Source: Octopus vulgaris
Lineage: Eukaryota
DNA: 64,000 nucleotides
Direction of reading: 5' to 3'
Assembly (NCBI GenBank): GCA_951406725.2
Contig: OX597839.1
Location: forward strand, 37,076,001 to 37,140,000
Below, one piece after another: positions 1 to 13,222 of the stretch (positions are counted from its first letter, which is position 1; each line of letters opens with the position of its first letter). The position numbers and the translations under genes are program-made. Under the pieces are notes generated by a model. That model was not told the origin of the DNA. It worked only from the letters and a program-made list of their open reading frames with translations, and did not search any database.

Positions 1-740
<740 letters not shown>

Positions 741-934
741 TGTAATACTACTGTGTCACAACTCTGTGCTCACCTGTGACACTACATTGTGTGACTATAT
801 TATGACACATCTTTTACTCCACAGTGCCTTTGTAACAAGGGTAGGTGACACAGTGGTTGTGCCATATACTGAGTGACACAACACTGTAACATATCTTTGA
901 CCTGTCACTGTGATATATCTGTGACATGACTATA

Positions 935-1072
935 ATCATCATTATCGTTTTAACGTCCACTTTTCAGGCTTGCATCGGTAGGACAGAGTTTCTTGAGACA
1001 GATTTTCTACAACTGGATGCCCTTCCTGTTGCCAGCCATTTCCTGTTTCTGGTCAGGGTAATATTTCCTACT
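935..1072 (-). mobile_element. Retroposon family C 3' fragment (GAT-tailed)
   Basis: atcatcattatcgttttaacgtccac...ggatgcccttcc matches the reverse complement of the family C 3' end at 2160-2309. Confidence 0.75.
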
Positions 1073-1569
1073 CCTTATATATCACTATAGTGATATATAA
1101 TGAGTAGTTATATTTATAAATGTAGGGAAAGTAGACCTGAAGATTGGGAGTGCGTAAACATAATGTTTTTGAATGAGAGTTTGTGTCTTAACAATACCAG
1201 ACGCACCCTCATGAAACACGTGTAGTCCGTAATATGGAAAATTTTGAGATTAAGAATATAAATAGTAAGTATATTATCTAATAATTTATGGCTTGGTTGA
1301 GTTAATATCATTTGGAGTTGATAAAGTTGTGAGTGTTTCTATCTCTAACACTATTTTGATATATATGAATTAATCATTGAGAGTAATTTAATTTGATATT
1401 TTTAATTTGAATGTCTCATTCCTGTGGCACTGGAATTGATCTTCCCTAATTATTATAATATACATTTATATATAAACATATATATATGTTTATACATATA
1501 TATATAAATAAACATATATACACACTCACACACTCACACACACACACACACATACACATCAAACACACA

Positions 1570-1730
1570 ACAGGCTTCTTTCACCTTCCTTATACCTGAT
1601 TCACTCATAACGCTTTGGTCCACCAGGAACGATAACAAAAGCCACTTGGCCAAGGTTCATGGCACCTTGGGCTGAACCTACAACCAGGAGATTGCGAAGA
1701 AAACTTTTTCCGCACAGCTATGCCTGCACC
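1570..1730 (-). mobile_element. SINE family A, degraded 5' half
   Basis: Diverged match to the tRNA-like head and ccttgggcaagt segment of the intact copy at 12801. Confidence 0.7.
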
Positions 1731-1819
1731 AATAAGATATATTTGTGACACGTTATTGTGACACAATGAGTTTGTTATGCATCACAATGTAGTGATATAG
1801 CATGTATGTATGTATATAT

Positions 1820-1972
1820 ATAGGGAAAGTTTATGAAAATAAACAAAAGACAAAGGCAGGTGGAGTACAAACAAACAAATGTATTAGTATAGCGCACAGG
1901 AATAGAAAGAGTCTTTCACGTTTCGAGCCTACGCTCTTCAACAGAAAGATACACAGAAAAAAACAAGGAGAG

Positions 1973-1977
<5 letters not shown>
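1820..1977 (-). mobile_element. (TA)n-embedded element with hammerhead-like motif (family H4, copy 1)
   Basis: Minus strand 1949-1912 reads tcttt CTGTTGA a GAGC gtag GCTC GAAA cgt g aaaga; second copy at 14551-14718; both flanked by TA repeats. Confidence 0.55.
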
Positions 1978-2029
<52 letters not shown>

Positions 2030-2309
2030 GTTGCCAGCGCCACCCCGACTGGCCTCGTGCCGGTGGCACGTAAAAAGCATCATCCGACCGTGGCCGTTTG
2101 CCAGCTCCGACTGGCACCTGTGCGGCTGGCACGTAAAAAGCACCCACTACACTCACGGAGTGGTTGGCGTTAGGAAGGGCATCCAGCCATAGAAACACTG
2201 CCAGATCAGACTGGGCCTGATGCAGCCTTCTGGCTTCACAGACCCCAGTTGAACTGTCCAACCCATGCTAGCATGGAAAGCGGACGCTAAATGATGATGA
2301 TGATGATGA
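2030..2309 (+). mobile_element. Retroposon family C (SINE or LINE-tail type, (GAT)n tail)
   Basis: ggcacgtaaaaagca modules + ggcgttaggaagggcatccagcc...catggaaagcggacgctaaatgatgatgat; multiple dispersed copies. Confidence 0.85.
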
Positions 2310-2694
2310 TATATATATATATATATATATCTAAACACAAATATATATATATATAGGTGCAGGTGTAGGTGTGTGGTAAGAAGCTTGCTTCCCAGTGTAG
2401 TGATATAGCAGATGTATCATATGAATGCAACAAATGTGTGATGATGTCGTGATACGTTATTCAGTAATTACGTCACTAGGACTGTGACACAACATCTGTG
2501 TCACTGCATAGTAATACACTCCTAACAAGAAATATTGGGTTGTCAGATGAGTTTGTTTGTTCTTTTTTGTTTTGTTTTTCTTCCTACTTGACACTCCATG
2601 TCTGGAAAGAAGTAAAATTTCTCAAATTGCGAAAATGATAAACAGAATTTGTAAAAGAAGAAAAGAGCTACAAAAAGACCGTATAAAACACTAC

Positions 2695-2929
2695 ATCATC
2701 ATCATCGTTTAACGTCCGTTTTCCATGCTAGCATGGGTTGGACGGTTCGACCGGGGATCTGGGAAGCCAGAAGGCTGTGCCAGGCCCAGTCTGATCTGGC
2801 AGTGTTTCTACGGCTGGATGCCCTTCCTAACGCCAACCACTCCATGAGTGTAGTGGGTGCTTTTTACGTGCCACCTGCACAGGGGCCAGACGAGGCTGGC
2901 AACGGCCACAATCGGATGGTGCATTTTAC
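2695..2929 (-). mobile_element. Retroposon family C
   Basis: Reverse-complement match to 2030-2309 including the (CAT)n tail. Confidence 0.85.
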
Positions 2930-3016
2930 TACAATAAAAATATTTACCAAGTTAATTCAAATATAACTGGAAAGGATTAAGATAAATGGTAAAAAAAAGT
3001 GTGCTATGATATAAGC

Positions 3017-3185
3017 ACCCTGTACAGTGGTTGGCATTAGGAAGGGCATCCAGTTATGGAAACCAAGCTAAATCAGACTGGAATCTGGTGCAGCTCTCCA
3101 TCTTGCCATCTCCTGTCAAACCATCCAACCCATGCCAGCATGGAAAAACAGACGTGAAAAAGAGGATGATGATGATGATGATGAT
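3017..3185 (+). mobile_element. Retroposon family C, 3' part
   Basis: ggcattaggaagggcatccag...catggaaaaacagacgtg then (GAT)n. Confidence 0.8.
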
Positions 3186-3636
3186 TTGTGTGACACAATG
3201 ACTGTGGCTCTCTGTTACACTACAAATTGTGTGATTTGGCTACGACACAGCTAACAACACTACTGTGTGACATAATGACTGTGTCGCAACAGCTGTCACA
3301 CAAGTGTGTGGCTCACTAAAAATGTAAATATGGAATGAAGGAAAATCAAGTAATCCGAGAGATTTCTTTTTACTTCATTCATTGTGGTGAGGCATGGTTG
3401 GGTAGGGAAGCTGAATGTGTTTGTAGAATTGATATGATTTGTTAGTATGTGGACGGCGTTGGGGATAGATGCTGTGTTCACAGCAGTGGAGAATATGGGG
3501 GGGTGTATGGAGGTAATGATGGTAGTGGTGGGGATGTGTATGGGGATAGCAGTTGTCATGGTGGGAGAGACAAGAGAAGAAAAAGAAAACATTGATAATA
3601 ATGATGGTGTGGTGGTAGAGGAGGATGTAATAGAAA

Positions 3637-3675
<39 letters not shown>

Positions 3676-3830
3676 GAGAGAGAGAGACAGACAGATAGGT
3701 ATACATACACATGTACATGCATATATATATGTGTATGTATGTACGTACACACAGGTTCATATACACACATATTGATATAAAAATATATACATGTGTTTAT
3801 GTGTGTGTATTTATGTATATCTATAGCAAT

Positions 3831-3878
<48 letters not shown>

Positions 3879-4067
3879 TCATCTAAATGTTCTACTCTGA
3901 ATATTCAGCTAAGCCAATTCTAAACTTTTATGCAATATCATACCTGCTGCTGTTATTGAATTGAAGAAATAATATATTGGACTTTAACGATATGTTAAAG
4001 AATTAAGATCTTGAATTCTATGGATAGATTTTTTTTGCCAGTACATAAGCACTTATTAAATACATAC

Positions 4068-4104
<37 letters not shown>

Positions 4105-4143
4105 CATATGTATGTGTATATATATATATGTATATATACATAT

Positions 4144-4186
<43 letters not shown>

Positions 4187-4649
4187 TGTTTGTTTTTATG
4201 TTCACTTATATAGGATAAAAACAATTTTACATTAATCTGATGGGTTTCTCTATACTTTTGTAGAACATAAATTTATCATTCTTATACAAGAATACTGTCA
4301 GTGACTTCAAAGTTTTGGCCAGCTAAGCCGTGTGAGCATGTGTGTGTGTGTGTGTCTATATATATATTCAAATAAAAAAAACACAGAGAAAAAGAAAATG
4401 AAAAAAACAAACATGTGGACGTGACACGAGCAATGTATTAATAAGACGCTCAGAGAAAGAAAAGAGTAGTAGTTTCGTGTTTCAAGCATAGCTCTTCTTC
4501 GCAAACAGAAGAAACAAGAAAGTCCAAGACAAAGGAGGAAAGAAACCTTGCAGTCATTAGATAGTGAAAGAGAGATAGATACCTATCACTCTTTCTCTCA
4601 TTCTCTCCACACAAAATCATATATATTATATACATATATATTATATGCA

Positions 4650-4860
4650 TAAGGTGGCAAGCTGGCAGAAATGTTAGCATGCCTGACGAAATACTTAGTG
4701 GTATTTCATCTGTCTTTACATTCTGAGTTCAAATTCCACCGAGGTCGACTTTGCCTTGGGGCCAATAAATTAAGTACCAGTTGTGTACTAGGGGTTCAAT
4801 CTAATTGACGGGCTCCCTCCCCCAAAATTTCAGGCCTTGTCCCCAGAGTAGAAAAGAATA
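4650..4860 (+). mobile_element. SINE family B (alternative 3' tail)
   Basis: ggcaagctggcagaaatgttagca...gagttcaaattcc (B-box-like)...ccccaaaatttcaggccttg. Confidence 0.8.
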
Positions 4861-5941
4861 TATAGTATATGCATATGTATGCACATAGGTGCGAAAGAGG
4901 GTGCACCACGACAAACACCTTTACTGCCACCAAAAGCACCAATGCCATGATCACTACTGCTACCACTACAGCTACAGTCAACACCATTTGAGGCACTTTG
5001 TAACTTCTCATGAATTCATACACACATCAACACACAGACATGTACGCACACAGACATGCACACACACACACAAATCCACACACACACAAATCCACATACA
5101 CAGACATGCAGACACACACACAAACACACAGACAGACATGCACATACACACACACAAACACACAGACAGACATGTACATACACACACAGAGACATGCACA
5201 CACCACACACACAGACATTGACATGCACACACATACACAATCCACATAGACATGCACATGCATACACATGCACACACATACACACACACACACACACATA
5301 CACACACACACACACACAAACTCTCACACATATTCTAAAGACCCAGTCAATATGAGCTTTGCAATTAATTTGGCTCTCAGACAGATATACATACACATAC
5401 GTTACATGCACATACATCTGTGCATGTGTACACACATGTATGCACACACACACACACACGTATTGATATATGATTACATATGTATATTTATGTGTGTATT
5501 TATGTATATGTATAGCAATATTCATACATTCACACACACACACACATTCATCTAAATATCCCATTGATATTCTTGAACTTACTTTGAAATAATGGTTTCT
5601 GATTCAGACACGGGGCTGCCATTTACGAAGGGAAACGGTGGTTAGTTGAAACCATTGACCCTTATACTTTATTGGTGCCTGATTTTAATGGTCCTGAAAG
5701 GATGAAAGTTGAAGGTTGATTTTGGCAGAATTTGAACTCATAACGTAAAGAGCTGGAAGAAATGCTGCAAAGCAATTCTTCCAGGACATTAACGATTTTG
5801 CCAGCTTGCTGCTTTAATAACCTCAGTTTAATATGCACACACACACATGCGTATGCACTCACACACACGCGCGCACGCACACACACACACATGACCAGCT
5901 GCCAGGCTGGTTGGCTGGATAGATGGCTGGCTGGCTGGCTG

Positions 5942-5973
<32 letters not shown>

Positions 5974-5991
5974 TAGATACATAGATAAATT

Positions 5992-6038
<47 letters not shown>

Positions 6039-6696
6039 GGATAGTCTATATAGTTTATTTCAGCCAGTGTACAGTAACAGGCCTCCCCCACCTCTTTAAA
6101 TAAACTAGTGCATTCATCTTTAGTACTCCTCCAGATTGTTACCCAATAATATGAGTGAACACATATGCACACACACACACACACACATGCATATGTACAT
6201 AGGTCTGCATACACACACATTTAAGGAGTATATAACTTTCTTGTTTGGAATGGCTTACCAGATGTTTATACTCAGATGTTTAAACTGATTATCATTATGT
6301 ATGTATGTATGCATGGGTGTGTGTGTGTGAGCGTGCGTGCATGCGTGCGTGTGTGTGTGTGTGAACATACATATGTATGTATGGCATTCTTGAAGGGCTT
6401 GCTCCAAAGCTTGTTACTGAAAACTACAAAAAACTATGAAAATCTACTGCATCAAGCTGAAGGTCCCATCTTCCCTTTCAAGGGTGAGGACCAGATACTG
6501 AAATTGTTTAAGCTTAAAAGAACTACAACTTTTCAATATTCTGCTCAAAAAGCTTGCCATATCTAAATGGTATAGATGTAGGTGTCATTATCTTAATGTC
6601 ATCGTGTGTTTTTATTAGCGGGATGGCGATGGTGGTGAAGTGATTATAGTTGTTGTTTTATCCGGGTCATCCCTTGTCCAACAGTTCTATGACCAG

Positions 6697-6925
6697 TGAG
6701 CTGGCAGAATCGTTAGCACGCCGGGCGAAATGCTTAGCGGTATTTCGTCTGCCGCTACGTTGTGAGTTCAAATTCCGCCGAGGTCAACTTTGCCTTTCAT
6801 CCTTTCGGGTTTGATAAATTAAGTACCAGTTACGCACTGGAGTCGATGTAATCGACTTAATCCGTTTGTCTGTCCTTGTTTGTCCCCTCTGTGTGTAGCC
6901 CCTTGTGGGTAGTAAAGAAATAGGT
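6697..6925 (+). mobile_element. SINE family B, near full length
   Basis: tRNA-like head (agctggcagaatcgttagc; gagttcaaattcc), central gcctttcatcctttcgg..gataaattaagtaccag domain (resembles the Meta/MESC-type SINE domain, from memory), tail gccccttgtgggtagtaaagaaatag; more than 15 copies in window. Confidence 0.9.
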
Positions 6926-7174
6926 ATAGATGTATTTGGAAGAAACAACTGGACATCCTGTTATCCGAAATTCCAGATGAGCCTATTTCACAAGAAATAC
7001 AAAGAGGGCAACAATATCAAAACTCTCTAATTCACCAAAAACCAACTAAAGAAGGCAACAGCAATGACAAAGCCTCAGCATGGCCACAGCTCATAGGTTG
7101 GAATAGGCAAAAATGTAAGACACACAAACATATACCCACATATACATATATATATATATATATATATACATATA

Positions 7175-7335
7175 TACGATGGGATTCTTTCAGTTTCCGT
7201 CTGCCAAATCCACTTACAAGGTTTTGGTCAGCCCGGGGCTATAGTAGAAGACACTTGCCCAAGGTGCTACGCAGTGGGACTGAACCCGGAACCATGTGGT
7301 TGGTAAGCAAGCTACTTACCACACACCTACACCTA
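7175..7335 (-). mobile_element. SINE family A, 5' half
   Basis: Reverse complement of the 12801-12965 segment. Confidence 0.85.
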
Positions 7336-7640
7336 AGCCTATCAGCTGAGTGGATTGGAGCAACGTGAAATGAAGTGTTTTGCTCAAGAACACAACAGAT
7401 CACCCGGTCCAGGAATCGAAACCACATCCAGAAAATTGTAAAAAAAAAAAAAAAAAAACTCTTTTCAAACATTCCTTGATAGTTTTTCAGTGAGTTACAA
7501 ACATTCCCTTGTCATTGTGTCTACTGTTGTAAAAACAGTGAATCAATGACAGTGAATCGTTGGGAAGCTGTCATCAACAGCCACACTATATAGTTCACCA
7601 TTTGAGCTATACAATAAATAAATAGATAAATAAATAAATA

Positions 7641-8052
7641 GTAGTGGCTGTGTGGTATGTAGCTTGTTTACCAACCACATGGTTCCAGGTTCAGTCCCAC
7701 TGTGTGGCACCTTGGGTAAGTGTCTTCTACTATAGCCTCGGGCCGACCAAAGCCTTGTGAGTGGATTTGGTAGACGGAAACTGAAAGAAACCCGTCGTAT
7801 ATATGTATATATATATATGCGTGTGTGTGTTTGTGTGTCTGTGTTTGTCCCCCCTAGCATTGCTTGACAACCGATGCTGGTGTGTTTATGTCCCCGTTAC
7901 TTAGCGGTTCGGCAAAATAGACCGATAGCATAAGTACTGGGCTTACAAAAGAATAAGTCCCGGGGTCGATTTGCTCGACTAAAGGCGGTGCTCCAGCATG
8001 GCCGCAGTCAAATGACTGAAACAAGTAAAAGAGTAAAAGAGTAAAAAGAGTA
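7641..8052 (+). mobile_element. SINE family A, full length (tRNA-derived, internal microsatellite, (GTAAAAGA)n tail)
   Basis: A-box-like tggctgtgtggt, B-box-like ggttcagtccc, CORE-like caccttgggtaagtg, tail gaaacaagtaaaagagtaaaagag. Confidence 0.92.
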
Positions 8053-8630
8053 AATAAATAGATAAAGTCACAAAAATGGGCAAGACACAATGAAAGAAAT
8101 AGTCTTGGCTAGGTAAATCTATGGGCGGAATGTCTCTGGTCACAGATCTGTTGGACAAGGGATGACCCGGATAAAACAACAACAATAATCTCTTCACCAC
8201 CATCGCCATCCCTTCTAATAAAAACACACGATGACATTAAGATAATGAAACCTACATAGCACTAAATCAATGAGTTGGTCGTGGGTGGAATGTCTGTCAT
8301 CGTAGGTGTGATGGATCAAGACTGACTTGGGAGGACAAGCAACAGCAGAACTACAGAGTAGTGCCAGCAGCAACACCACCACCGCCACCATCACCGCCTC
8401 TTCCATCATGATATAATTTCCTATCTGCGGTGATGGTGGCGGTGGGGGTGGGGGGGCTTTGTTTTTCAGCAGTGTTGGTTGTGATAATGATTGTGGGGGG
8501 TGAGGGTTATGGGGGCAATGGTTGTTGGGAGTTGGGAAACTTTGGGGTGGGGTTGTGGGAGTGATGGTTGTGGAAGAGGTGTTTGTGTGTGGAGAGAGCG
8601 GTTGCGTGGGGGAGCAGTGATGATGATGGT

Positions 8631-9650
8631 GTGTTGGTGGAGGCTGTGTAGGTGGTGGTTGTGTTGGTGGAGGCTGTGTTGGTGGAGGCTGTGTTGGTGG
8701 TGGCTGTGTTGGTGGAGGCTGTGTTGGTGGTGGCTGTGTTGGTGGTGGCTGTGTTGGTGGTGGCTGTGTTGGTGGAGGCTGTGTTGGTGGTGGCTGTGTT
8801 GGTGGTGGCTGTGTTGGTGGAGGCTGTGTTGGTGGTGGCTGTGTTGGTGGAGGCTGTGTAGGTGGTGGTTGTGTTGGTGGAGGCTGTGTTGGTGGAGGCT
8901 GTGTTGGTGGAGGCTGTGTTGGTGGTGGCTGTGTTGGTGGAGGCTGTGTTGGTGGTGGCTGTGTTGGTGGAGGCTGTGTTGGTGGAGGCTGTGTTGGTGG
9001 TGGCTGTGTTGGTGGAGGCTGTGTTGGTGGTGGCTGTGTTGGTGGTGGCTGTGTTGGTGGAGGCTGTGTTGGTGGAGGCTGTGTTGGTGGTGGCTGTGTT
9101 GGTGGAGGCTGTGTTGGCAGAGGCTGTGTAGGTGGTGGCTGTGTTGGTGGAGGCTGTGTAGGTGGTGGTTGTGTTGGTGGAGGCTGTGTTGGTGGAGGCT
9201 GTGTTGGTGGAGGCTGTGTTGGTGGTGGCTGTGTTGGTGGAGGCTGTGTTGGTGGAGGCTGTGTAGGTGGTGGCTGTGTTGGTGGAGGCTGTGTAGGTGG
9301 TGGTTGTGTTGGTAGAGGCTGTGTTGGTGGTGGCTGTGTTGGTGGAGGCTGTGTTGGTGGTGGCTGTGTTGGTGGTGGCTGTGTTGGTGGAGGCTGTGTT
9401 GGTGGAGGCTGTGTAGGTGGTGGCTGTGTTGGTGGAGGCTGTGTTGGTGGAGGCTGTGTTGGTGGTGGCTGTGTTGGTGGTGGCTGTGTTGGTGGAGGCT
9501 GTGTTGGTGGAGGCTGTGTTGGTGGAGGCTGTGTTGGTGGTGACTGTGTTGGTGGTGGTGGTGGTGATGGTGGAGGCTGTGTTGGTGGAGGCTGTGTTGG
9601 TGGAGGCTGTGTTGGTGGAGGCTGTGTTGGTGGTGGCTGTGTTGGTGGCG
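8631..9650. repeat. 15-bp G-rich minisatellite GGTGG(A/T)GGCTGTGT(T/A), about 68 units
   Basis: Directly visible tandem array with interspersed A/T variant units. Confidence 0.97.
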
Positions 9651-9998
9651 GTGATGGTAACGTTGGCGGCCGTTATGTGGTAGAGGTGGTGGTGGCGGCT
9701 GCGTGGTGATGGTGGCGGTTGTAGAGGTGATGATTGTCATGGGGGCGACCCCGACGACGACGGTAATACAATGACGGTGGTGGTGTGGTGGTGGTGGTGG
9801 CGTGGCGGTGGTGGTGGTGCGGATGTGCGAACGCTGAAGGAAAGAGAGAAATGCGAAGAAATGAGAGAGAAGAATGTAAAGGGAAAAGCGAGAGAAACGC
9901 AACAAGGTAGGTAAGGAAGGGGCGGGGAAGGCGGCGAATAGAGACGCGAGGGTGAAACAAGAAAAGGGAGAGGGCGGGTAATGACGAAGACGGTTGGT

Positions 9999-10029
<31 letters not shown>

Positions 10030-10776
10030 AGAAAAGAAAGAGAAGAGGAAAGCGAAGGAAAGACAGAGAGAGAGAAAGAAGATAGAGAGAGAGAGAGAAA
10101 GAAGATAGAGAGAGAGGGAGTGAGAGACAAAGGAAAAGACAGTGAGGGGGTGACAGAGCGAGAAAGCGAAAGAAAGAAGTGTCTTGGAATATAGTTAATG
10201 TACGGCATAAGCCGAGTGTTTAGCTGTGTAGAGAGGAAAACATGTGTAAACACTGGAAGTGATGTATGTGTGTATATATATGTATATATATATATAAATA
10301 CGAGTGTATAGTTGTAAGGATCTACTACACCTGGTGTCTATATACACCTGGTGCACGTATATATAATGTTATGGTGTGCAGTTATATAAGTTCACAACAC
10401 CTACAGGTGTGTTTGTATGAGTGTGTGTATATATATATATATATAGTTGAAGAAGTCAACAAAAATACCTAAAGGTCGTGTGTGTGTGTGTATATATATA
10501 TATGTATATATAACGACCAGTTGCATAAATCTACATCAACTTCTGGAGGTGTATATATAATACAATACAATACACACACTCATATACATACATACATTCA
10601 TTCATACATTCATATACTCACAAGTCAACAAACTAAAGGCGTGTTATAAATCTTCAACACCAACTTGAGGTATGTTCAAATACTTTCTATTTCACATGTA
10701 CATATATATATGTATATCTCGTTATCTTATACAGTTGCAATTGATGTTGTTAATGATGATGATGATGATGATGGTC

Positions 10777-10993
10777 GAAACGTTAGCACGCCGGGCGAAA
10801 TGCTTAGCGGTATTTCGTCTGCGTTACGTTGTGAGTTCAAATTCCGCCGAGGTCGACTTTGCCTTTCATCCTTTCGGGGTCGATAAATAAAGTACCAGTT
10901 ACGCACTGGGGTCGATGTAATCGACTTAATACCTATGTCTGTCCTTGTTTGTCCCCCTCTATGTTTAGCCCCTTGTGGGTAATAAAGAAATAG
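10777..10993 (+). mobile_element. SINE family B
   Basis: Near-identical to 6697-6925. Confidence 0.9.
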
Positions 10994-11239
10994 GTGGTGG
11001 TGGTGATAGACTTAACTCATTTATTTGAATCCAAAATATTACCAGTTTCATATTCTGAGTTTATATATTATTTCATACATAATGCACGCCTCATACACAC
11101 ATCCATCCATCCATACACGTTGCATGACTATAAATGAAGATATAGATGTATGAACTTGTATATATACTAATATCTGTCCATCTGTCTATTTCTGTCTGTA
11201 TGTATGTTTATGTGTAACTACATACATCGTGGATACATC

Positions 11240-11523
11240 GACATGGTTGAATGGTTAAGGCGTTCACTTCTCAGCCACGTGGTCTCGGGTTCAGTCCCAT
11301 TACGTTGCACCTTGTGCAAACATCTTTTGCTCGAACAACGGGGCTGACCAATACCTTGTGCATGAATTTGGGAAGCAGAAACTGTAAGGAAGCCTGTCGT
11401 ACGAATAAATGCGAGTGCGTGCACGCGCGCGTCTTCGCGCTTGACAACTGGTGTGTTTATTGATGTGCCCATAACTTAGTGGTTCGGCAAAGATAGAAGT
11501 TCAGCAAAAGCACAATAAGTACC

Positions 11524-11530
<7 letters not shown>
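11240..11530 (+). mobile_element. SINE family A-related, degraded
   Basis: tggttgaatggttaagg...ggttcagtccc...cttagtggttcggcaa. Confidence 0.7.
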
Positions 11531-11580
<50 letters not shown>

Positions 11581-11582
<2 letters not shown>

Positions 11583-11985
11583 TCTTTTACTTGTTTCAGT
11601 CATTTGACTGTGGCCATGCTGGAGCACCGCCTTTAGTTGAGCAAATCGACCCAGGACTTATTCTTTGTAAGCCTAGTACTTATTCTATCGGTCTCCGCTA
11701 AGTTACGGGGACGTAGACACACCAGCATCGGTTGTCAAGCGATGTTGGGGAGGACGAACACAGACAAACATACACACACACACACACACACATACATGCA
11801 TACATACATACATACATACATACGACGGGCTTCTTTCAGTTTCCGTCTACCAAATCCACTCACAAAGCTTTGGTCGGCTCGAGGCTATAGTAGAAGACAC
11901 TTGCCCAAGGTGCCACGCAGTGGGACTGAACCCGGAACCATGTGGTTGGCAAGCAAGCTACTTACCACACAGCCACTCCTACGCA
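11581..11985 (-). mobile_element. SINE family A, full length
   Basis: Reverse-complement match to 12801-13193. Confidence 0.92.
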
Positions 11986-12020
11986 TGTCTGTATACATAC
12001 ATATACGTACACACACACTT

Positions 12021-12068
<48 letters not shown>

Positions 12069-12139
12069 ATCGATCAAGACATTCCTCAAGTATGCCTGTA
12101 GCCAAATGACTAAAATAAGTAAAAGGGAATATACATACA

Positions 12140-12540
12140 TAAACACGCACCTGTATGTATGTGTGTATGTATGTGTGTATGTATGTATGTGTGCGTATGT
12201 GTGTATGTATGTATGTATGTGTGTGTGTGTATGTATGTATGTGTGTGTATGTATGTATGTATGTGTGTATGTATGTTAGTGTGTGTGTATGTATGTGTGT
12301 ATGTATGTATGTATGTATATGTATGTATGTATGTGTGTGTGTATGTATGTATGTGTGTGTGTATGTATGTATGTGTGTGTATGTATGTATGTATGTGTGT
12401 ATGTATGTTAGTGTGTGTATGTATGTATGTAAGTGTGTGTGTATGTATGTATGTATGTGTGTATGTATGTTAGTGTGTATGTATGTATGTATGTATGCGT
12501 GTATGTATGTATGTATGTGTTTGTATGTATGTATGTATGT
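12140..12540. repeat. (GTAT)n/(GT)n compound microsatellite
   Basis: Direct inspection. Confidence 0.95.
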
Positions 12541-12735
12541 AAGAACGTTGCACCTAGAACCAACCGACTTGGATTTGGTACTTTCATATTCACTGTATCC
12601 TGTCAAAACATGATACTTTTATGTTTGTTTTGCATTACTGTGAACCCTATGTTATTGTCCCCATCCAATTCCGGCGTCCTACGTGTTTGTTAACGTACCT
12701 AGACTCTAATGCATCTTATAATTAATCAATGTGTA

Positions 12736-12800
<65 letters not shown>

Positions 12801-12803
<3 letters not shown>

Positions 12804-13193
12804 CGCAGGAGTGGCTGTGTGGTAAGTAGCTTGCTAACCAACCACATGGTTCCGGGTTCAGTCCCACTGCGTGGCATCTTGGGCAAGTGTCTTCTGCTAT
12901 AGCCCCGGGCCGACCAATGCCTTGTGAGTGGATTTGGTAGACGGAAACTGAAAGAAGCCTGTCGTATATATGTATATATATATATATGTATGTGTTTGTG
13001 TGTCCCCCTAGCATTGCTTGACAACCGATGCTGGTGTGTTTACGTCCCCGTCACTTAGCGGTTCGGCAAAAGAGACCGATAGAATAAGTACTGGGCTTAC
13101 AAAGAATAAGTCCCGGGGTCGATTTGCTCGACTGAAGGCGGTGCTCCAGCATGGCCGCAGTCAAATGACTGAAACAAGTAAAAGAGTAAAGAG
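12801..13193 (+). mobile_element. SINE family A, full length, young
   Basis: aggcgcaggagtggctgtgtggtaag...gaaacaagtaaaagagtaaaagag with CpGs intact; flanked by (TA)n. Confidence 0.93.
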
Positions 13194-13222
13194 AATATAT
13201 ATATATATATATATATATATAA

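Noticed and set aside
8631-9650. CRISPR-like array
   Set aside because: Head-to-tail repeats with no unique spacers, in eukaryotic DNA with no cas genes.
8466-10253. 595-aa His-rich ORF (HSLHQ repeats) and the opposite-strand WWRLC/VLVEA ORFs
   Set aside because: They are translations of the 15-bp minisatellite plus CT tracts. The C/A-rich strand lacks stops by composition and there is no domain or splice support.
11637-12101. Recurrent peptides RRASFSFRLPNPLTRLWSARGYSRRHLPK in many ORFs, suggesting a gene family
   Set aside because: All map to antisense SINE A copies.
12801-12880. tRNA gene
   Set aside because: A/B-box-like motifs belong to SINE heads; no complete cloverleaf and each continues into a SINE body.
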